Assembly (NCBI GenBank): GCA_029907315.1
Contig: JARYME010000005.1
Span: 1-53,579, forward strand
DNA from: Armatimonadota bacterium
Lineage (GTDB): Bacteria > Armatimonadota > UBA5829
DNA length: 53,579 nt
Direction of reading: 5' to 3'
Shown here: one piece after another, positions 1-11,921 of the stretch
How positions within the stretch are numbered: position 1 is the first letter of the stretch
Layout of the letters: every line of letters begins with the position of its first letter
Notes under the pieces: model-generated
The model's database searches: none
Told to the model about the DNA's origin: nothing
Seen by the model: only the letters and a program-made list of their open reading frames with translations
Made by a program: the position numbers and the translations under genes

Positions 1-83
1 AAGGTATTACTATCCTTGTTCAGAACAATAAGAACCTTTACCCGTACGGTATCCCGTATGCTTTCGTATCGAACATCCACCAT
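1..83 (-). CDS. Possible 5' fragment of a gene running off the left edge (MVDVRYESIRDTVRVKVLIVLNKDSNT...)
   Basis: ATG at 83 on the minus strand with an open frame to position 1, co-oriented downstream of the sigma factor. Too short to identify. Confidence 0.25.
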   Translation of the reverse strand, partial: MVDVRYESIRDTVRVKVLIVLNKDSNT

Positions 84-146
84 CAATATGTCTTGGTGTT
101 TCGTCGGAGCAGCTGAGAGGCACGTAAGGATAACCTGACGATGGAC

Positions 147-830
147 TTAGACCAGCAGACAATCTCGAGCACGAGAAACCTTCTTTCTGATGCGGCCCAG
201 TGCGTTGTCGACCGACTTTGGTTTACAAGCCAGTCTCCGCGCGATCTCGCAGTATGATCCTCCCCTGTGGTACTCTTGCAAGACCTGCCATTCGAAGTCG
301 GAAAGCATTTTGCGAACAAGTGTTCTGAGTATCTTTCTGTTTTCTGCTCTGATCAGTACAGTCTCAGGATCGACTACTTCCTCTGCTACTAGGATCTCTG
401 CGAGGCTGCATTCTGAATCGTCGTCTTCGACGTACTGATCGAGCGACATGGCACTGTTCAAAGGCCACTGCTTGCGCCTGGTGGCGGCTTTCACTGCGGA
501 AATTATGTGGCGCTCTATACACAGCCGTGCAAATGCGAGGAACGAGATTTCCTTGTCGGGTGAATAGTCCATTATCGCCCGCCACAAGCCTATCATTCCA
601 ACCTGCAACACGTCATCTTTGTCTCCGCCGAGCAGAAAATAAGAACGTGCTTTCTTGCGCACAAGATCTCGGAATCTATACAGCAAGTACTCGACTGCGT
701 GGAGGTCATCTTGCTGAGCCAACGTTACAACGCTGTCTATTGGCAGCCTGTTGTATCGAGACCATCGGCGAGGTAGCACTCTAGTTTGCTTTTCCTCTTG
801 TCCGCTGGGTACCATAGTAAGTTTCCGCAT
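147..830 (-). CDS. sigH: RNA polymerase sigma-70 family factor, SigH (Firmicutes sigma-H)-like
   Basis: Region 2 'ARSYFLLGGDKDDVLQVGMIGLWRAIMDY...SFLAFARLCIERHIISAVKAATRRKQWPLN' and C-terminal 'KSVDNALGRIRKK' match the SigH family. Start uncertain (881, 830 or 815). Confidence 0.85.
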   Translation of the reverse strand: MRKLTMVPSGQEEKQTRVLPRRWSRYNRLPIDSVVTLAQQDDLHAVEYLLYRFRDLVRKKARSYFLLGGDKDDVLQVGMIGLWRAIMDYSPDKEISFLAFARLCIERHIISAVKAATRRKQWPLNSAMSLDQYVEDDDSECSLAEILVAEEVVDPETVLIRAENRKILRTLVRKMLSDFEWQVLQEYHRGGSYCEIARRLACKPKSVDNALGRIRKKVSRARDCLLV

Positions 831-910
831 AAGTGCTCGTTTCTCTGCTCGGATTATATCCCCGGTTTGGCAACTAGACAACTGGCAGTTGTGCTTGAAA
901 CTGATGGCAA

Positions 911-3310
911 TTAGTAGACGTCTCCGACGCTTGTGTCCAGCGTTTGGCCAAACGATCCGACACCGAAGTTTTGGAACAGAGGGAATGCCTTTATGCGAAT
1001 TGTGAAAGTTATGCCGCGGCTTCTGTAGAACCCGCCCTGGTCCACATACGCGATCGAAGCTTCCCAGCAGTGCAAGTCGCGCGTCAGCACGATGCTTTTG
1101 TAGTCAAAGCTCTTAGTAAAGCCGTTGTAGCCCGCGTTGGCTTGGATTCTCCACAATCGACGAATTCTGGCGTCCAGTACGGCACGTGCAGTCGCCAATC
1201 GCCGAGAAGCTGTGTCGTATCTAGTTCCTATGTCAAGTCGGAACGGACAAGTTTCATCATCTTCAACTCCAGCGGAGCCTGCGCGAACTCGCAGTTGATT
1301 TACTAGAGTGCGCCACTGTGAGCGGTTCAAATCGTAGCCCGTGGCCGTGTAAAGCAGCAGGGAAGGCGACGGTTGTACGGAAACTCGCAGCGTAAGGTCT
1401 TGCCACGGGTTATCTGGCTGCTCGAAGTTGTAGCCTGCCAAAATGTTAAACCGCAGCGTCTTGCTGTCTTGGTAGTTGATGCTGAGATTTGCCATATTGT
1501 AGCGAGGAACGTAGTCAAATCGGAAAGGTGCAAACCCAGATGCCTGTTGCCGGCGGTAAACGAAGTCCAGTGACGATGTTGGTCCCAGCCTTTTTGAAAT
1601 GTCGGCGCTTGCTGCCACGGAGTACTGGGCAGTACTGTCAGTGTAGACGTACTGGCGGAAACCGATCTCAGTACTAAGACTCCATGTGTTGCTCAGTGCA
1701 TATTTCTGGACTGGGGTAGTGGCTTCGAAATAGGCGCGGCCAAGACTGATAGGGGAAGGCAGCTCGGAATATTGACCGTAAGTCAGCTTCAGACTGAGGG
1801 GCAAGCCCGTTCCAAGGCGAGTCCCGTCAGTCACGAGTGCGAGTTCATGCAGTTTTTCTATACCCCCGAACACTCCTTGTCCTATGAAAGCTTCGTCGCT
1901 GAGATCTGTCAACCGTTGCACAGATAAACCCCAGTCAAATCGCTTTTCCTTTCCTTCGAACGCTGCTTGCGAGGTCAACCGTGCGCGGGTACGATCGTAT
2001 GTATATGCCGTGTAGTCTATGCTTGTATCGAGTGTACCGTCGCCTATGAGTTGTTTATGTGAAAGTGTTGCAGTGAATCTCGAGGTGCGCACAAAGGCAT
2101 CGTCGATGTTGTGGCTGACCAATAGCGACGTTGCAGCGCTGCCGTGGTCGCGGCTGACTGAGAGTTGGTTCACCAAACTCGTGCTTTTCGGAGCGTACAG
2201 ATAGCTGTTAGAGCGAAAGTCGCTGGACAGACTTATACGCGTCGCACCGAAAGTCTGAGAATGTGCAAACCTGCCGGTGATGGTGTTTTGGTCTATGGTC
2301 CTGTCAAAAACGTGGTAAAGGAACAAGCTACCGGATGCCGTGCCGTACCGCCAACCGTTCTGGAGACCCTTGCCGAATCCTTTTCTGCTCATCAGGTCGA
2401 ACAAGAGCAGACCCGACATAGTCCGCGTGGCGAGGTAGGAATAACTTGTCTTCAAAAAGAAGCCCTCTTCCTGGGTTTGACCGATCTGTGGAATGATGTT
2501 TGGGTTTCGCTGGATTTCCCGCAGTGGAATAGTAAGCCGAGGTAGTGCGAGTAAGCGGCGGCCAAGAGCGTACATTGTCACATCGCGGAGTACAACCTTG
2601 TCACCAGCGTAGACTGTTACAGAGCGCGAAACCAATTCGTAGTGAGGAGTGGGTAAGCTGCAAGTTGTGGCCTGAGCATCAAAAAGGCTGAGTTGGCGGG
2701 TTCCAATACCTTGTACTGATTTGCTTTCAGCAAAAAGTGATTCCTTTAAGAACCCTTTGGCGGTTTCTGGCGTGATGGTAGTACTCAGCGCTTCTGCATG
2801 CCACTCACGCGTCCTCAGATTTAATTGCAGTTTGCCGCCTTTTACCTCTTGGTTTTCAATCCGGAACACTACGTGGCCTTCACACTCTGATCTTTGCGCC
2901 TTCCAATCGACCACGGCCTTGTCACACGAGACAGTTATGTCTCGATATCGCAAGCGCACATTACCCTCAGCCGATGTCGAAAGAGGCGAGCCTTGGTCGT
3001 CGAATGTAGTCCTGGTAAAGTCGGCTTGAACCTCAGCGAAATCCGCATGCGACTGTGCCGGTTGGCTTCCGGGTAATGTCTTGGTTGATTCTTCGGGTAC
3101 GACTGAGCGGGGGACTGCTGCTTCTGAAGATTCTGTAGTTGACGGTTGGACAATTGCGGATCCAGCTGGCAGCAGTTTTGAGCTCTCTTCCCTCTGTCTT
3201 GCTCCGTCGGATGCGCGCGACTGCTTGCTCAACAGCGCCATGCAGAGGGCTAGAACAATCAGAACACACGCGCAGGTCCTTCGTTTGTTATTTTGAGACC
3301 GTGAGCTCAA
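911..3310 (-). CDS. lptD: LPS assembly protein LptD-like (OstA/jellyroll N-domain plus beta-barrel)
   Basis: Signal peptide, 'AEGNVRLRY' OstA-like repeats, 'TTCSLPTPHY' motif, alternating beta-strand C-terminal region, adjacent to an LptF/G permease. Confidence 0.75.
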   Translation of the reverse strand: MSSRSQNNKRRTCACVLIVLALCMALLSKQSRASDGARQREESSKLLPAGSAIVQPSTTESSEAAVPRSVVPEESTKTLPGSQPAQSHADFAEVQADFTRTTFDDQGSPLSTSAEGNVRLRYRDITVSCDKAVVDWKAQRSECEGHVVFRIENQEVKGGKLQLNLRTREWHAEALSTTITPETAKGFLKESLFAESKSVQGIGTRQLSLFDAQATTCSLPTPHYELVSRSVTVYAGDKVVLRDVTMYALGRRLLALPRLTIPLREIQRNPNIIPQIGQTQEEGFFLKTSYSYLATRTMSGLLLFDLMSRKGFGKGLQNGWRYGTASGSLFLYHVFDRTIDQNTITGRFAHSQTFGATRISLSSDFRSNSYLYAPKSTSLVNQLSVSRDHGSAATSLLVSHNIDDAFVRTSRFTATLSHKQLIGDGTLDTSIDYTAYTYDRTRARLTSQAAFEGKEKRFDWGLSVQRLTDLSDEAFIGQGVFGGIEKLHELALVTDGTRLGTGLPLSLKLTYGQYSELPSPISLGRAYFEATTPVQKYALSNTWSLSTEIGFRQYVYTDSTAQYSVAASADISKRLGPTSSLDFVYRRQQASGFAPFRFDYVPRYNMANLSINYQDSKTLRFNILAGYNFEQPDNPWQDLTLRVSVQPSPSLLLYTATGYDLNRSQWRTLVNQLRVRAGSAGVEDDETCPFRLDIGTRYDTASRRLATARAVLDARIRRLWRIQANAGYNGFTKSFDYKSIVLTRDLHCWEASIAYVDQGGFYRSRGITFTIRIKAFPLFQNFGVGSFGQTLDTSVGDVY

Positions 3311-3331
3311 AGCCGTGCACCGTGTTTTCGC

Positions 3332-4411
3332 CTATTCCGCCTTCCACATCAGGATCGCGCCCAAGAGTGTAAAAATGATGACTTCGCTCCAACCTGCTAG
3401 GACTGGAGGTAGCCCACCTGTTTCTCCCAGAACCCGACTAAAAAGGATGACATTCCAGTAGAAAAAGAGGACTATTATTCCGATAAGGACTCCCATGAAA
3501 CCCCCGCTCTTGCCGAATCTGAGGCTGAGCGGTGCTACGCACAGCACCAGCACCAATGAACTCAGTGGTATCGCCAGTTTGTAGTTGTACTCGAGCTGGT
3601 AGTTTCTTGCATCCAAGCCACTTGAGCGAATAAGGTCTATCTGCTCACGCAGTTGCGCGATTGTCATACCTTTGGGTGACTTTTGTTCCTGGACGATGTA
3701 GTCTGCCACTGGTCGTCTAAGATCGAGCTTCATATTTCGGAACTTGACAACCAGCTTTAGGTCTCCATCGCGGTCTATTCTGTAGTTGGTACCGTCAGTC
3801 AGAACCCATACGCCGTTTCTCATTCTCGCAGAGCGAGCTGTAGTGAGGGTTGGGTACCCGGATGATACGGGGCTTTCGTACACCATCACGTTCTCAAGCG
3901 TATACGTGTTGCCGCTTCGATTTACCTTGCCAACGTAAAAGTAGTAATTGTCGGCTCTGAAGAATACGTTTGCTTGAATCGCAAAATCACCGGGTGCTGC
4001 CCACAACCGCTTCAATACCTTGACGCTCTCGCGGTCTGCCCAAGGGGTAACCAGTTCTTGGAACGAGTACGCGACCAAGCTGATCAAGGCACCTACGACG
4101 AAAACGGGTAAGAAAATGCGCCTAACGCTGATTCCTGCCATGCGCATCATGGTTATCTCACTGTCGCGGGTCAAACGACTGACAGCTAGCGAGCAGCCGA
4201 AAAGTGCTCCTGAAGGAAGTGAAAGAACCACGAAGTAGGGGGACTGAAGAGCGATGTAGTATATCAAATCCGGCCACTGCTTAATCTTTGCGACTATTAT
4301 GCCGATATTGTTGTAGACGATATTGCCGACAAGTAATATCAGAACCACCAAGAAGCCGGCGGCTAGAGGAACTATCATCTCGCGCAAGATGTATCTGTCG
4401 AGCGTCTTCAT
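3332..4411 (-). CDS. LptF/LptG family LPS export permease
   Basis: 'MKTLDRYILREM', 'RLTRDSEITMMRMAGIS' and 'KLAIPLSSLVL' motifs; 6 TM helices around a periplasmic domain. Start reset to ATG 4411. Confidence 0.92.
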   Translation of the reverse strand: MKTLDRYILREMIVPLAAGFLVVLILLVGNIVYNNIGIIVAKIKQWPDLIYYIALQSPYFVVLSLPSGALFGCSLAVSRLTRDSEITMMRMAGISVRRIFLPVFVVGALISLVAYSFQELVTPWADRESVKVLKRLWAAPGDFAIQANVFFRADNYYFYVGKVNRSGNTYTLENVMVYESPVSSGYPTLTTARSARMRNGVWVLTDGTNYRIDRDGDLKLVVKFRNMKLDLRRPVADYIVQEQKSPKGMTIAQLREQIDLIRSSGLDARNYQLEYNYKLAIPLSSLVLVLCVAPLSLRFGKSGGFMGVLIGIIVLFFYWNVILFSRVLGETGGLPPVLAGWSEVIIFTLLGAILMWKAE

Positions 4412-4550
4412 ATTGGGGCACCGAATGATTATATCACAGGTGCCATTGAGCATAGTCCGCGGGCGGTCGCACAGGGGCGATCGCTTCGGGTCCGAACAGT
4501 TTCTCGGTGATGACTTAGTTCCTTTTCGTCAGCAAGGTGGGCAGAAACGG

Positions 4551-4580
4551 TTGACCAAGCAAAAGTGCGAGTGGTATCAT
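4551..4580 (+). promoter_or_regulatory. Putative sigma70 promoter of the atp operon
   Basis: TTGACC-N18-TATCAT with a TG extension, about 50 nt upstream of the first atp gene. Confidence 0.55.
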
Positions 4581-4628
4581 TTAACGAACGTCTCGGCGCC
4601 GCTCGAGGTGGACTCGCGAGGCTATTCC

Positions 4629-4856
4629 GTGCCGAAGCCTGGAAACAGCTGGTTGACCATCGTGGTGCAGGTTTGGACGATACCTGTGCTGATCTTGGTA
4701 TCCAGCGGAATAGGGCTGCTCGCAGGGTATTACCTCGATCGTGCTTGTAAGAGCGACCCGTGGTTTTCGATAATTCTGACCTTGTTGGGTTTGGCAGCAG
4801 GTCTATACGAATCGGCGAGAATCCTCATTCATGCGAGCCGTGGAAACGGGTCTTGA
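4629..4856 (+). CDS. atpZ: AtpZ/AtpI-family small membrane protein (ATPase_gene1)
   Basis: 'GIGLLAGYYLDRACKSDPWFSIILTLLGLAAGLY' is the typical signature; first gene of the atp operon. GTG 4629 chosen as start. Confidence 0.8.
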   Translation: MPKPGNSWLTIVVQVWTIPVLILVSSGIGLLAGYYLDRACKSDPWFSIILTLLGLAAGLYESARILIHASRGNGS

Positions 4857-5226
4857 TGAGTTTTTTCTGGTAAGGGTATATCGAACCAGTGCCCTTGTAT
4901 GGGCAGTTGGGGTCGGCCTTCTGAGCGGTTGTGGGATGATGAGTGCCGCGCTGGGGTGGACTGTTGGTTCTGCAGCTTCGGTCGGTTTGCTGCGGGGAAT
5001 CGAATGGGCGGTTCGCCGTTTTTTTGTGCCCGGAAGATCTTTTGACAAGCGGGACCTTGCAAAACTTGCGTCTGTCAAGTTTGGTGTTATCGTGTCGTTT
5101 ATGCTGGGTGTGGTTCTGCTAGGCGGGCGCAGCTTTGGGTTCATAGCGGGGTTCTGTGCAGGAGTTATTCTTTCGCAAAGTGTGATCGTTTTCAAAGCAC
5201 TTGGCGCAATGATTAGTTGCAGATAG
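4840..5226 (+). CDS. atpI: ATP synthase protein I (4-TM)
   Basis: Hydrophobic 4-TM protein directly before atpB. Start 4831 or 4840. Confidence 0.75.
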   Translation: METGLDEFFLVRVYRTSALVWAVGVGLLSGCGMMSAALGWTVGSAASVGLLRGIEWAVRRFFVPGRSFDKRDLAKLASVKFGVIVSFMLGVVLLGGRSFGFIAGFCAGVILSQSVIVFKALGAMISCR

Positions 5227-5237
5227 GAGTTAGACCG

Positions 5238-5981
5238 TTGGAGCACGGACACGGCGGAAGCGGTGGACTGGAACACGGAACCTGGTTGCACTGGCTGTAC
5301 CACTACCGGATTCTTCCAGATTGGCTGCCGGAGGTGGTCCCAGAGACGTTTCTGGTTGTGATAGTGCTTTCTGCAATCGTGATCTTGGCGAGGCCACGGC
5401 TTACGGTTCGAAATCCCGGCAAGCTCCAAACATTCCTTGAGTTCTGTGTAGTCTCATTGGATTCATTTGTGCGCGGCATTGTTGGAGACGAAGCAAAGAG
5501 TTTGACCCCTATCATAGGCACATTTTTCATTTTCATTTTGTGCCTAAACCTGTTAGGTCTTGTTCCGGGACTTACCAGCCCTACGGCAAACATAAACACT
5601 CCCGCTTCCCTTGCTATCGTTGCATTCTGCATTGTTCAGTACTACGGAATTCGGAAGCAGGGTTTTATAAACTATCTGAAGCACTTTGCAGGGGAGCCGT
5701 TGATACTCGCACCACTGATGTTTCCGATTCACGTAATAGGCGAATTAGCACGGCCACTGTCGCTCACCATCCGACTCTTTGGCAATATTTTTGGTGAGGA
5801 TATGGTCATAGCTATACTGATTTTGATTGTTACCAGCGTGCTTGGGAAACTGCTGATACCCTTGCAGTTTCCAATGCTGATTTTTGCCATTTTTACCAGC
5901 TTTGTTCAGTCACTTGTGTTTTCGATGCTGGTTACCATATACGTTACAGTTGCCATTTCGGGACATGAAGAGCACCACTAG
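5238..5981 (+). CDS. atpB: ATP synthase Fo subunit a
   Basis: 'PTANIN' and 'ARPLSLTIRLFGNI' (essential Arg), 'FVQSLVFSML'. AGGAG RBS before TTG 5238. Confidence 0.97.
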   Translation: MEHGHGGSGGLEHGTWLHWLYHYRILPDWLPEVVPETFLVVIVLSAIVILARPRLTVRNPGKLQTFLEFCVVSLDSFVRGIVGDEAKSLTPIIGTFFIFILCLNLLGLVPGLTSPTANINTPASLAIVAFCIVQYYGIRKQGFINYLKHFAGEPLILAPLMFPIHVIGELARPLSLTIRLFGNIFGEDMVIAILILIVTSVLGKLLIPLQFPMLIFAIFTSFVQSLVFSMLVTIYVTVAISGHEEHH

Positions 5982-6035
5982 GAAATTCCAATATCCGGAT
6001 TCTACATAATAACGCTGCTGAGGAGGTATGTTTTC

Positions 6036-6302
6036 ATGTGGATCACGGCACTAATACTCGCGATCGGTTTCGGACTGCCGATAGCCGTGCTCGGCGGAGC
6101 GGCTGCTCAAGGTAGGGCGGCAAGTGCGGCGCTTGACGGAATTGCAAGGCAGCCCGAAGCAGCAGGCAAGATCCAGGTGGCTATGATCATTGCACTGGCT
6201 TTAATCGAATCCCTGGTTATCTATGCTCTCCTTATTTCCTTGATTCTTCTTTTCCTGGGCGTTCCAAGTGCCAAGGGTCTCATGCAGCTCATAGGAAAAT
6301 AG
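6036..6302 (+). CDS. atpE: ATP synthase Fo subunit c
   Basis: 'IARQPE' loop and 'LIESLVIY' carboxylate helix; AGGAGG RBS. Confidence 0.97.
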   Translation: MWITALILAIGFGLPIAVLGGAAAQGRAASAALDGIARQPEAAGKIQVAMIIALALIESLVIYALLISLILLFLGVPSAKGLMQLIGK

Positions 6303-6384
6303 CACAGCGATGCGCGGCCGCCTTGGGGAAGTGGACCACCAGGCGGTGGAATTGCGCAGAGCCTGCAATATCGAGGAAGCGTAA

Positions 6385-6912
6385 GTGGACATTCTGAACA
6401 TAGATCCTAGAGTTCTGGCTGTTCAGATCGGCGGTTTCCTGCTGCTTCTGGTCGTGTTCAAGCTGTTCCTGTTCAAACCGATCGTGAGCATTTTGGAAGC
6501 CAGGCAGCAGGAAATAGAGAGTCGCTACCGCGATGCCGAGGAGCGCCAGCAGGTCGCTGAGCGGCTTCGTGCTGAGTACGAGCGCCATCTGGCGACAATT
6601 GAAGAGCTGATGCACACGAAGATTGCTGAAGCGATCAAAGAAGGCCAAGCTATGCGCGACGAAATAATTGCATCGGCGCGGGCTAAAGCCGAAGATATTC
6701 TTGCTCGAGCTGAGGAGCAGATTCAGCGAGAAAAAGAGAAAGCCGTTTACGAGCTCAGAGGCCTCGTAGCTGATCTAACAATTACCGTGGCGAGCAAGCT
6801 GTTGGAAGAGCAGCTGGATGAGTCGAAGCATCGCCGGTTGGTGGATAGATTCATCGAGGATCTAGACAGTCAAATAACTCGGAGTCGCGAACCGAGTGGA
6901 GGAGACGTATGA
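6385..6912 (+). CDS. atpF: ATP synthase Fo subunit b
   Basis: N-terminal TM, 'FKPIVSILEARQQEI', coiled coil; operon position. Confidence 0.96.
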   Translation: MDILNIDPRVLAVQIGGFLLLLVVFKLFLFKPIVSILEARQQEIESRYRDAEERQQVAERLRAEYERHLATIEELMHTKIAEAIKEGQAMRDEIIASARAKAEDILARAEEQIQREKEKAVYELRGLVADLTITVASKLLEEQLDESKHRRLVDRFIEDLDSQITRSREPSGGDV

Positions 6913-7451
6913 TCCAGCGTCGAGTGGTCCGCAGGTATGCTGCAGCTCTACTTAGCGCAGCGCGTAGGGCAAATGTCATAGACCGCGTGGAAAGCGACCT
7001 GGGATTAGTTGCATATACTTTGGATTCGGTGCCGTTGTTGCGCCGGGCTGTTCGCTCGCCCGTCGTTCCCCGTGAACGAAAGAAACAAATACTTGAGGAG
7101 CTGTTGGGCGACAAGCTGCACCCGCTGACCTTGTCGTTTCTTAAGCTGTTGGTAGACAAGCGCCGGGAGGAAATCCTTTCGGCCGTCGAGCCTGAGTATG
7201 TGCAACTTGCAGACGAAGTCCGCGGCATAGCCAAAGCGCAGGTTCTGAGCGCAGTTGAACTCACGGAAGAACAAAAGCGCCGGCTGGCTGAGGGGCTTTC
7301 TCGTGCAACGGGAAAAAACGTGCTGCTTTCAATCGAAGTAGACAAGTCCATCATAGGCGGTGTTGTGGTAAGGATTGGAGATACGGTGATCGACGGTTCA
7401 ATTCGCGGCCAGCTTGCCGCAATCAAGGAACGTTTGATGGGTGGAATGTAA
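6909..7451 (+). CDS. atpH: ATP synthase F1 subunit delta
   Basis: 'RRYAAAL' and 'DKSIIGGVVVRIGDTVIDGSIRGQL'. Confidence 0.97.
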   Translation: MIQRRVVRRYAAALLSAARRANVIDRVESDLGLVAYTLDSVPLLRRAVRSPVVPRERKKQILEELLGDKLHPLTLSFLKLLVDKRREEILSAVEPEYVQLADEVRGIAKAQVLSAVELTEEQKRRLAEGLSRATGKNVLLSIEVDKSIIGGVVVRIGDTVIDGSIRGQLAAIKERLMGGM

Positions 7452-7519
7452 GGATTGCTGGGGTTGACCGGCTTTTTCTGATTAGCTGGCGTTAAGAATA
7501 GGTCTAATGGAGTTGTGCT

Positions 7520-9034
7520 ATGGCAGTGAATATCAGACCCGATGAGGTTGCCAGAGTACTGGAAAGTAACCTTGCCGGTTACGAAAAAGAGATCTCAGAA
7601 GCCAGCGTGGGAACCGTCCTGCAAGTCGGCGACGGCATCGCACGGATCTACGGCCTGCAAGACGCAATGGCAAGCGAGCTTATCGAGTTTCCGAACGGCG
7701 TCATGGGCATGATCTTGAACTTGGAAGAAGACAACGTCGGCGCTGTCATACTGGGTCCAGACACAGACATTAAGGAAGGAGACCAGGTTAAAAGGACCGG
7801 CAGGATTATCGATGTGCCAGTGGGCGAAGCTCTCGTCGGACGCGTTGTGAATCCGCTAGGGGATCCGCTGGACGGGAAGGGACCTGTCGTTGCGTCTGAG
7901 CGCAGGTATGTTGAGTCGCGTGCCCCTGGGGTTGTTGAGCGGCAACCGGTCAAGGAGTCGCTGGCTACCGGAATCAAGGCGATCGATTCAATGATACCGA
8001 TCGGTAGGGGCCAAAGAGAGCTCATAATAGGTGATCGGCAAACGGGGAAAACCGCCATAGCCGTAGATACGATCCTGAACCAGAAGGGCGAGGACGTCTA
8101 CTGTATCTATGTTGCTATTGGCCAAAAACTGTCTACTGTCGCTGGCATAGTGGATACGTTTCAGAAGTACGGCGCTATGGAATATACGACCGTAGTCATC
8201 GCTTCAGCCAGCGATCCAGCGCCTTTGCAGTACATAGCCCCTTACGCAGGGTGTGCTATGGGCGAGTATTACCGGGACAGTGGTAGACACGCTTTGGTGG
8301 TGTACGATGACCTGTCCAAGCACGCTCAAGCTTATCGCCAGATCTCTTTACTACTCAGAAGACCGCCGGGTAGAGAAGCCTATCCGGGAGACATCTTCTA
8401 CTTGCATGCAAGGCTTTTGGAGCGAGCTGCTAAACTCAGTGATGAATTGGGGGGCGGTTCGTTGACCGCGCTGCCCATTATCGAAACTCAGCTCGGAGAC
8501 ATATCCGCGTATATTCCTACGAACGTCATTTCCATAACAGACGGCCAGATTTACCTCGAGCCGGACTTGTTCTATTCTGGCGTTCGACCAGCCATAAACA
8601 TTGGAACCTCTGTTTCGAGGGTTGGTTCGAGCGCTCAGAAAAAGGCGATGAAGACCGTCACCGGCATGCTCAAGCTCGATCTGGCGCGCTATTGGGAGTT
8701 GGCTGCTTTTGCCCAGTTCTCCAGTGATTTGGATAAGGCAACACTGGCGCAACTCGCACGCGGCGAGAGAATCGTGGAAATACTCAAACAGCCGCAATAC
8801 CAGCCGATGAAACTGTCTGAGCAGGTCGTCATAATCTATGCGGCCACGCACGGATACTTGGACGACCTGCCGGTGTCTGCGTGCAGACGTTTCGAGAAAG
8901 AGCTGCTGGCCTTCGTGGACGAGCGGTATCCGGATATTGGTCATGTAATCGAAAGTACCGGCGAAATAGACGAGAAAACTGAAGCCGCGATTAAGAAAGC
9001 AATAGAGGAATTCAAGAATCAGTTTTCACTCTGA
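7520..9034 (+). CDS. atpA: ATP synthase F1 subunit alpha
   Basis: Walker A 'GDRQTGKT' and '[12 protein letters not shown]'. Confidence 0.99.
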   Translation: MAVNIRPDEVARVLESNLAGYEKEISEASVGTVLQVGDGIARIYGLQDAMASELIEFPNGVMGMILNLEEDNVGAVILGPDTDIKEGDQVKRTGRIIDVPVGEALVGRVVNPLGDPLDGKGPVVASERRYVESRAPGVVERQPVKESLATGIKAIDSMIPIGRGQRELIIGDRQTGKTAIAVDTILNQKGEDVYCIYVAIGQKLSTVAGIVDTFQKYGAMEYTTVVIASASDPAPLQYIAPYAGCAMGEYYRDSGRHALVVYDDLSKHAQAYRQISLLLRRPPGREAYPGDIFYLHARLLERAAKLSDELGGGSLTALPIIETQLGDISAYIPTNVISITDGQIYLEPDLFYSGVRPAINIGTSVSRVGSSAQKKAMKTVTGMLKLDLARYWELAAFAQFSSDLDKATLAQLARGERIVEILKQPQYQPMKLSEQVVIIYAATHGYLDDLPVSACRRFEKELLAFVDERYPDIGHVIESTGEIDEKTEAAIKKAIEEFKNQFSL

Positions 9035-9888
9035 TGGCTACAGCAAAAGAAATTCGTCGCAGAATACGCACGGTCAAGAACATACAGAAGATCACCAATG
9101 CGATGAAGATGGTCGCTGCCGCACGCCTCAAGAAAGCGCAGGCGAGAGCTGAAGCGGCAAGACCGTACGCTCAGAAAATGAAGGAGCTCATGGGTAGATT
9201 GTCTAGCTCCGCCGCTTGCATTTCCCACCCGTTGCTTGAGCGGCGCGAGGAGACAAATACTCTATTTGTCATTATCGGTGCAGAACGAGGTCTGGCTGGT
9301 AGTTACAATGTCAACGTTGTCCATCACGCGCTGAGCGAGATTGGCGGTCGGCCCGTGGAAAGCGTCAAACTCGTTTTGCTGGGCAGAAAAGCGATAAGCT
9401 TTTTCAGGCGCAGGCCGTATCAGATAGTAGCGACGTTCGAAAGCCGCAGCTCGGATGTGGCTTTCTCAGACGTCCAGCGTCTTACGGCACGTGTGCGGAG
9501 TATGTTCGAAGAACGCGAGGTTGACGCTGTCTACCTAGTTTATTCTCGCTTCGTTACCCCTATGAAACAGGTGCCTACCACTGTGCAGTTGCTTCCTATG
9601 GAGCAGCCTGCAACCGAACAGAAGGCTGAGGGCGATTTCGAGTTCGAACCCGAAGCCTCAGAGCTTCTGGGCGCACTGCTTCCCAGATATCTAGATACCT
9701 TGGTGTATCAAGCGCTTATCGAAGCACAGGCCAGTGAGCAGGGAGCACGAATGACGGCAATGTCGACTGCCACCAACAATGCAGCTGAAATGATCGAAAC
9801 CTTGACTCTCGCTTACAACAAGGCTCGCCAGGCAGCAATAACCAAAGAGCTCACTGAGATAGTAACGAGCGCAGAGGCTCTTACATAA
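9034..9888 (+). CDS. atpG: ATP synthase F1 subunit gamma
   Basis: 'KITNAMKMVAAARL', 'SEQGARMTAM', 'NKARQAAITKELTEIV'. Confidence 0.99.
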   Translation: MATAKEIRRRIRTVKNIQKITNAMKMVAAARLKKAQARAEAARPYAQKMKELMGRLSSSAACISHPLLERREETNTLFVIIGAERGLAGSYNVNVVHHALSEIGGRPVESVKLVLLGRKAISFFRRRPYQIVATFESRSSDVAFSDVQRLTARVRSMFEEREVDAVYLVYSRFVTPMKQVPTTVQLLPMEQPATEQKAEGDFEFEPEASELLGALLPRYLDTLVYQALIEAQASEQGARMTAMSTATNNAAEMIETLTLAYNKARQAAITKELTEIVTSAEALT

Positions 9889-9905
9889 CGAGTAGCACAA
9901 TGTAA

Positions 9906-11778
<1,873 letters not shown>

Positions 11779-11921
11779 TACGCTCTGAATGCCTATGCCG
11801 TGCTTGCGACAAGGCGTTCTGGATTTGTTAAGTGGTCCTGGTTTCAACTTCGTATAACCGCGCTCAGTGAACGCATCGAGAAGGGCTTCCGGTAATGTCT
11901 TTCACAAGATCGCAGCTGTTT

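Noticed and set aside
4323-4628. 177-aa extended version of atpZ
   Set aside because: The extension overlaps the divergent lptF/G start and the atp promoter; family similarity begins near GTG 4629.
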